Made by a program: the position numbers and the translations under genes
Assembly: GCA_021613535.1 (NCBI GenBank)
Contig: CP075493.1
Span: forward strand, 14,756,001-14,820,000
Reading direction: 5' to 3'
Origin: Adineta vaga
Lineage: Eukaryota; Animalia; Rotifera
Length of the DNA: 64,000 nt
Shown here: one piece after another, positions 56,239 to 64,000 of the stretch
How positions within the stretch are numbered: the stretch's first letter is position 1
Layout: each line of letters opens with the position of its first letter
The notes under the pieces: generated by a model
The model's input: the letters and a program-made list of their open reading frames with translations, nothing else
Database searches by the model: none
Told to the model about the DNA's origin: nothing

Positions 56239-58131
56239 TTATATTATTTCTTGCAATAAATGATGATTACTGTTAAATTCTATTGTTATCCATGAAGTTT
56301 TTTCACCAATACTTAAAACATCAATTGATATTTCATTGTCATCTATCAGTTGTAGTTGTTCTCTTATCCATTTTGAAATGAATTCACGATTATTTTCTTT
56401 GAAATTTTCTTCTTCTACAGATACTTTAAGCATTAATGAGTATAAATTAAGTTTTAACATTTGTAAGATATTTCGAAAGTCTTCTTGTGTTCGAACACGT
56501 ATTTCCAGATGTTTAAAATGACTCTTATTTCTGATGTTATTTAGAAATATAAAGTCACCAGTGATTTTATACCAAATACATAAAGTATTCAAATTTGGAA
56601 GATGAGAAATAAGATTTGAAAGAGCCACGGAGTCCAATTGTATTGGATAGGATAATTCCAATTGTTGTATATTGTTTAGATTTATTACATTCGATAATAA
56701 TTCAATAATATTCTGCAATTCTTCTTTACTATTGAGACATAGTTTTATTACATGGGAGAAATAGTAATGATACGGTCGACTGGATAAATCGTCATCCGAA
56801 CTGATACATAACGTTAACTCTTGTATTCTTTGTGTATAATGATACGTATAAGGCACAACTGGACTTGTTATTTGTGTACGATAATTACTCAATGTTGATT
56901 CAGAGCCTCCCAGGTATATAGAAGATGTTTCACAGTAAGGTAAAGTGTAAAGAATAGTTGATTCATCGTCCGTTGAACCATAAACAAACCATTGATGTTT
57001 ATTAAGCCAGAAATCAGTTTTAAATGTGCTAAGAATATCATCCAAATCAATTGTAATCCAATCACCAACATGATATTCTCTAAAAGAATAAAGTTCATCT
57101 TAATAAATATAGACTTCATCGCATCTTACGTACATATAATTCCAATTATTTTCATTTGTTACAGTAAAATGAAATTGAAACTGCTTTACTGATGGCAAAT
57201 AATGGTAAATTAATTGTTTCCATTGTTGTCCATCAAGTAAGGTTTCATGGACTTCACCACTAATGACTAGGTGTTCGAGTTGAAATAGCGATGTATTGTT
57301 CAATTTAAATAATTTCATCATAGTATTCATAGTATAGAAATCTGTGTTACCTCTTAACTCGATTTTTAGATAAGATAAAGTCAATGGAATGCATAAAAAC
57401 ATGTTGGTGTCAAGATTCATTGTTTGTATATCATTAGTATTAGATAATTCGTATAAATTTAAATTTAATTTTTTTAACTTTGGTGTCCGTTCTAAGAAAT
57501 GGTGAACATTGTCAACATAACAATTAAGTGCTAAAATTTCAATATTTGATAATGAATAAATGGTTGTAGTATCACAGTATAGAATACCATCAAGTGTAAG
57601 AGATTTTAATATTGGATTTTGATTTGAAAATAAATGTTCAAATAGGAATTCATCATTATCTTCAGGAATATCAAGAATAATAAGATTTGATAATTTATGT
57701 AATTGATGAAGATTAGAAATAATCAAATGAAACGATTGTTGAGAGAGTTTGTTTAATTTTAAGGATCGAAGATTTTTTAAAGTTTCTATCGGAAATCGGG
57801 ATAAAAATTGAAGTACATAATGACGTTGATCATCATTTTCTGATAAATGAAGAGATTTAATTTGTGTCGGATTTAGATTGGATAGAAGACATTCGAACTG
57901 TAATTTACGCACATCACTATCGATTTGTATTGAAGACCAATGAATAGTAATCAAATGAGTAAAACGAATATTAAGATTACGAAAACTTTGCTGAATTTCG
58001 TAGAATGAAAGATAATCAAAACAGTGATAGATTATCTCATTCGGAAGATCAAGTATATGTGATCGTGTTAACATTTGAAAAATTTCTCTTGATATTTGAT
58101 TGCAAACTGTTCGAGTATAATTCTGATTCAT
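56239..58131 (-). CDS. F-box/LRR protein; complement(join(56239..57079,57134..58131)); alternative start at 58074
   Basis: ILDLPNEIIYHCFDYL F-box, LRRs, and a 54-bp phase-2 intron (GTACGT...TTTTAG) that restores the frame to ..DILSTFKTDFWL..LYTLPY. Confidence 0.85.
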
Positions 58132-58719
58132 TTGCAAGCACCATTACTGCATTTATATTTTCATTGACTATATATATATAGATGTCTCTCTCGATCGTTA
58201 TTTGAAAAAAACAAAAGTCGATTCAACAGTAGTGTTTTTTCTTGCACTGTTAGATTTGTGAATAAGCATTGACTTATATAGTACATAGTTCGTGAAACGA
58301 GAGATTATCATTTTGCTTCTATACATTTTGGATAATTTTCATAATCAATTTATTATAACACGAAAATGCATATTGAATAGCGAGATATTTTCTTATAATT
58401 TTGGATAGTATAATTCAAATTGACCATTTTTATTTGATAGAATATAAGATACTACAATATCACTATAATGTTGATCATTGTAGATAAAATAAATGGTTGT
58501 AAAATGATTGAATAATATTCTGAGTCTACCTATTTTCCACCCTCAAGTTGATAATATTTTGATTGATTTCTAAATTGATCATCCAATTGATTGTTTTTTG
58601 TTCGATATAATATCTGTTTCACCTTTCGCCGCAATTTCTTTACGTCTTATTGATTCCATATTGTGAAATACGGTCGCCGTGTATAACTACAAATATCATA
58701 GATTGCGTATGGATGACCG

Positions 58720-59591
58720 TTAAATGTGGATGCATTCTTCTTCGTCAGAAAGGTTCGAATTATCTATGCTCAATCTAGTACCAACATAGTCAGGGTAAGC
58801 CCAACATAATCCATTTTCAAATGTCCACGAACGATAGTGAGAACGTAGTTCGCACATATAGTTCATATGACGCATATTCAAACATCCTCAATACCGACCT
58901 AAATCAGTTTGAAAAACTAATCTCTCATACCATGCAACACATTGTCCATATTCGCATGACCATTTGTTTTTAAAACAAATACGTTCATTACAATCGATTG
59001 TATTCGATTTCCATTATCACACCGAAATTCATTAAATTCAAGTTTGTCATAATTTTCTTCATCCCATCCACTTTCACATTGTTGTACACTGTCACATATA
59101 TCTCTCCAGTCAACACATAATATGGCAGCGCTATTATCCATCCTTGTATAAGCTTGTAACGTATGTGAAAGCTTGAACGAATTCATATCATGAGTTAATT
59201 CATATTCGCAAAACTTGCCGAAGGTACTTTGCTGTGTACAATGACAGAGAAAGCGTCGTTCTTCATCTGAGTGAATCAGTGAACGATTACCGTAGTAGAC
59301 TTCTGAATATTCATCAGCCATTTCGATGCTTGAACTCCATTGAAGTACATCGATCGGTGAAATATTGTCTTTCAATAAGTTTACAAAATACTTCGTTTCC
59401 GCTTCATTCCCACATTTGTTGTTAGGCATTTCAAAGCTCTCAATCTTGTCTGGTCGACGGCAATATGGCACTCTTCCAGCAGTACTGTCACCATATTGAA
59501 TGTCTATTTCATCAATCACATAAATACAGTCGAATTGTTCTGATGTTGCACTATTTTCAGTATCGTAAAGATAATTTTGACTACTAGGCAT
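58720..59591 (-). pseudogene. 5' fragment of an EGF/LDL-receptor class A repeat protein
   Basis: CHCTQQSTFGKFCEY, CVDWRDICDSVQQCESGWDEEN; frameshifts and truncation downstream. Confidence 0.7.
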
Positions 59592-60793
59592 ATCAACGAA
59601 GCAGAAAACAGTGATGATAATGTTTCAGATCATTATTTTACATTTGCAATTACAAATACATCATAGTATTATTTTGTAATCAACTAAGATTTTTTCATAG
59701 AGAAAAGAAAAATAAACATATCGAATTCTATGTTTTATAGTTGTTGGTATATTGAACATAGCTCATAGTCGTGACTGCGAGACATATTTATCTGTTAGAA
59801 AATTCATGTAATCTATATTGTCATGCTTTAATGTTTGTTAATCTATGATTAGATATAAACTATTGACAAATTCAAGTAAAAGAACAGGATATCACTTCGA
59901 AGCTATGGGAACTGATATAATGTGAGTGTATATGAGAAAAAAATGTGTCAAGGGTTTCTTTGATAAAACGTACTCTGACATTGTTTCATTATGTTATTTG
60001 TGATAAATTTCTCGACATCAACATTCTCAAATAATAATTTCAGTTCAATCATTACTGTTTTCGATAAAACTTGTCATACAGTTTTAATGATTTTAATTGC
60101 AAATACATGTCTTATACAACTTTTAGCTGCTACAAATGCACTTGATATGAGTATCTTTACTCACTGGTAATATCGTTTATACAACGGTGTGTGTATGTGC
60201 ATGAGAATGTGGATGAAAATGACAATTTTCGAATTCAAGCTATCATTCATTATCAAATTGGTTCTTTCAAGAGTTTTCTAGTATACACTTTTTTTTATAG
60301 AAATTGAAATTCTTCAACAATCTGAACATCTGATGAAGAATACAAAACTTCTCTTGAGAGTGAGTGTTGTTTTAAGAAACACACCCTTACACGTAAGAGT
60401 TTTAATTTATGCTTTTCAAAGGTATATAATCATTTGACCAATGATAAACAGCTGAATGATTACGATATCAGTTCTCTTCTCATTGTATTGATTCAATATT
60501 TGATATTCATCCACAAGAAATAAATATTACTTTTGAGATCGATAACAAAAAGATAAGATTTCACAAATATGATTAAAAGTAAAGTATGCTACGATTTTAA
60601 GTTGCTCGATATGCGTAGATTGAAAGCGATAGCAAATACAAATATTATCATTTCTATCAAATTTCTAACACAATCTGTTTTTCGAAAAATTTCTCTTCTA
60701 CACTATATATACATGTACATCTATGAAAAATATTCTTTAATCATTTCTTTTTTGCTTTCACATAGAACAGTATCCCTGCAAAACACATCATAT

Positions 60794-61261
60794 ATGCCAT
60801 CTCTTCGATATATTGCTTTTGGATTTTTTCTTCTATTAGGTATGTTATTCAGTCTTGAGAAATATACGGAATATAGTTCAAACATTAATGTATTGTCTAA
60901 TTTCTTTTAGCATTGAGTGCGCTTGCCGATGGTCTCAAATGCTATCAATGTGCTAATTGTAATAGCCCATTCAAACCAAGCGATGCGACAGAAGTAACAT
61001 CAAGTGATGCAAGAGCCTCTTGTTGGGTGAGTTAAAGATTGTTTCTGTAGATATATGCTGAATTTGATATGATCATAGAAAACGACTGCACGAAATGTTG
61101 CTACGACACGCGGCATCACTACAGACTGTAAACAAGTTGATGCAGCTGGTATTGGTACGTGGTGTTGCAATACAGATCTATGTAATGGAGCTATTCCAAC
61201 AAAATCATCGGTCTATCTCGTCTTAACAATCGCGACTATTGTCGCGACCATGTTAATCTAA
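60794..61261 (+). CDS. Ly6/three-finger (Quiver-like) protein, probably GPI-anchored; join(60794..60839,60911..61026,61079..61261)
   Basis: Signal peptide, LKCYQC start, CCNTDLCN end motif, hydrophobic tail; both introns keep the frame. Confidence 0.88.
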
Positions 61262-61491
61262 AAGAAAAACTATGATATTTTTTTTTCGTTTGACATTTCT
61301 TTTTTGCTAATCATTCTTTATTGGCAATATTTCTATGAATAAATAAAGTCCATCTTATATAATAAATATCATTTTACACACATTTATATTCATCAAAATA
61401 AAATACTTTTAATTGAACTTTTAAAGATTATATTTATTATGCTGATGTGATTGAAAAAATGAATACGATTGTATACGGTTATCTCAGCCGA

Positions 61492-61860
61492 TTACTGATG
61501 TTTAGCAAAAGGATGATACAATTCAGTGGTATTTTGAATATCACTTCGGCTGACGCCACGTCCACCGATCACTAACATTTTTTCATTTACTAATGTAGAT
61601 ACTCTATGATGATATCGTTCATATTTCATACTATCAGCTGTTGTCCAAGTTTCTGTTGATAGAAGATGTATGATAATGTCGGGCAATATTCATGCGAGCA
61701 GATTTAATCCAACTGCCTATAATTGGATCATATATTTCAGCAGTATTTAAATGATAGGTACCATCGAATCCGCCCTTAATTAAGATTCGTCTATTATTTA
61801 GAATGGTTGCTGTATGAGCCAATCGTGAACGATGTATTTTGCCAGTATCCGACCATCTCA
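61492..61860 (-). pseudogene. Kelch-repeat fragment
   Basis: HTATILNNRRILIKGG..AEIYDP..W..MNIAR; frameshift. Confidence 0.7.
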
Positions 61861-61939
61861 GATGCAGACATCAGAAAATAGACATCTCGTGAGAATAACA
61901 ATCTACGAGCTTTTTTGAACAATTTTTACGCTGACTCAC

Positions 61940-62215
61940 TTGTTGTAGTTGGACAAATTTGTTGATTCATCATTGACAAAGGATAACAAACAGGGAAGCC
62001 ATGACAATGAGAATGTTGAACACAGACAGTGTCAAGCGAAGGGCATGTATTATTTGTAGAATCATACGGTTGAAGTTACGTATATGTTGCCCACAAGAAG
62101 TCACACATACTAGTGTGACCGGTATTTGTCATATGAAAGCAGCCGCAGGTACTGTTTGTTGAGCAACGATTATACTGTTTAAGTCCATCACATAGTTCAG
62201 ACTGCACTTGAACTA
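61940..62215 (-). pseudogene. Cys-rich secreted-domain fragment
   Basis: CSTNSTCGC..CDFLW..VCVQHSHC..PVCYP..QICP with an in-frame stop. Confidence 0.5.
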
Positions 62216-62824
62216 TTTAACATAAGAAATCAATCATTGAACGTTTACAACAAAAGAAAAATCGATGCATTTAATGAAGAATAAAATATAGAAATCTATA
62301 TTATTTACCACAGAAAACTTAAAATAAAGGAGTAGATGATAGTTTTAAACATCGTTTTCATTGAAATGAATTACTTCAGTTATTGAATGGTTTTTATACA
62401 TCTAGTATACCGATAATATTCTAAGTCTGAGTATTTTAAAGTAAAAAGAATCATTTAATTTTTAATCCTTCGGAAAATGAAAACTAATACAGCGCAATTG
62501 TTAATATGAAGGTAAGTAACTGTATAAGAAAATACGATTTTACATCCACAATCATATCTTCAAGAATTACACAACGATCTCGAAAATGTATTATGACTCA
62601 AAGCACTGGGTTATTTTCATTGTGGAGAAAAACCCATTTCCGGATTACTTCGTAAGTATAAATTCAGATGATATACAGAGAATTATTTATACTGCGAGAA
62701 AAAGAAATAGAACAGACCGAAGTAAAGAAAAAAGTGAGTCATTGATATCTCCTCAATTCATAGAAGATGATTGCACAAATATGAGTAATATATTGTTCTT
62801 TCTTCATATTTCTTTATAGATTAA

Positions 62825-64000
62825 ATGTCTACTACCAAAAATACAACTAACGAAAACTCAAAGCAACATTATACCACCAATGTAAGTAGTAGAAAATTAT
62901 CTAAAAGTATCTTTTAAGAATTTAATTTTTCTCTTCTCCAGAAAATCATGGATCAAAAAACAGATGTTCTTGCTGCATTAACATTGACTACGCCAAATGA
63001 GCAGAGTACAATTCCTAAATCAATTTCATCAGCGACAACGGAATCACAGGAAGTCATCGAAGATTCGGATGATGTGATCTACACCAATCATTTTCTCTGT
63101 TCATTTGCTCGTGATCTTACTTTCTACCAGTACGACGTTAATGTTGAAGAATACCATGAACACCGAAAAGAATACATTAACATTTCCAATCGTGAGAAAC
63201 GTCATCAATTCGTCACTGATCTTCTAGTAACCAAAGTAATTCATCCAACCGCTGTCTGTTGGTATGACGACGGAAATTGTATCTACAGTACGACAGACTT
63301 CAAGGAAAAACTTCCGATTGAATATGAAAAAGAAGAGCAAGGATATAAGCGTCGTTTGACAATCAAGAAAGGTTCGATTGCAAGTACTACAAATGATCTA
63401 AACCAATTATCGATTCAAATTATCGAAATCTTGATTAAACAAGTGCTCAAAGAACAATTCAGAGCAATAGGTTCAGTTTTCTATCAATTGAATGAAATAC
63501 CACAACAGGATGGACCTTATGATCTTCTTACAGGCTTCAAACAGGCAATATGTCTTACTGAATCAGGTCCAACTTTGAATTTAGATACAACGATTACTCG
63601 ATTCTATCCACATTCTGACCTTTTACCATTTATATGGGAACGAATAATTCAACAGCAGCCATCTGATTTCCAGGGAAAGCTATCGAATCAACAATATGTT
63701 CAAATTTGTAACCATTTGAAAAGAGTTGAAGTTACGACAATTCAATCAGATCATCAAGATAAATATGTTCTTACAGGAGATTTATCAGATGATCTTCCTG
63801 AAAATATTTTCATTAAAGAGGAACAGAGTCTCTCTGACTACTATAAACAACTCGGTTATGAGATTCAACATCCACAATTATATTGTTTGAAAGCCTATCC
63901 AGTCGGCAAGCCACATAAATTAGTTGATCTATCAATTGAACATTGCAGTCTTCGAGAATGGCAACAAGTCACGGAAAATGACTACATGAAACCCGTTCCA
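62825..64000 (+). CDS. Argonaute-family protein, N, L1 and PAZ portion, truncated by the window end; join(62825..62881,62942..>64000)
   Basis: Open frame missing from the ORF track: IYTNHF..FYQYDV, WYDDGNCIYS, GFKQAICLTESGPTLNLDT (L1), SLSDYY..YEIQHPQLYCL..LSIEHC (PAZ). Confidence 0.88.

Noticed and set aside
57080-57133. Frameshift in the F-box/LRR gene
   Set aside because: Explained by a 54-bp GT-AG intron that restores the frame.

Overview
AT-rich eukaryotic DNA with many short (mostly ~50-70 bp) GT-AG introns. Gene content (lineage-typical F-box/LRR, ART, LDLa and repeated-TM families mixed with intronless bacterial- or fungal-type genes) points to a bdelloid rotifer; this is an inference. 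The window is a rearranged, pseudogene-rich defence/detox region. Apparently intact genes: an SLC10A7/RCH1-like transporter, an SDR epimerase, a ~2156-aa RRM-7xCCCH-DExH helicase-RING-IBR-PARP-2xWWE protein, a Thr-rich membrane protein, a DUF4246-like oxygenase, a secreted bacterial-type protein, a P450, an AIG1/GIMAP-like GTPase, ABCC/MRP, an anti-lipopolysaccharide-factor-like peptide, an F-box/LRR gene, a Ly6/three-finger gene and an Argonaute running off the end. There are two tRNA-Asn copies and about ten pseudogenes. Main structural findings: (1) about 20 dispersed 50-60 bp hairpins or half-sites built from inverted telomere-like TGAGGG/TGTGGG units, mostly at gene boundaries; (2) two ~7 kb gene cassettes, each between long direct repeats of host sequence and each with such a hairpin exactly at one junction.
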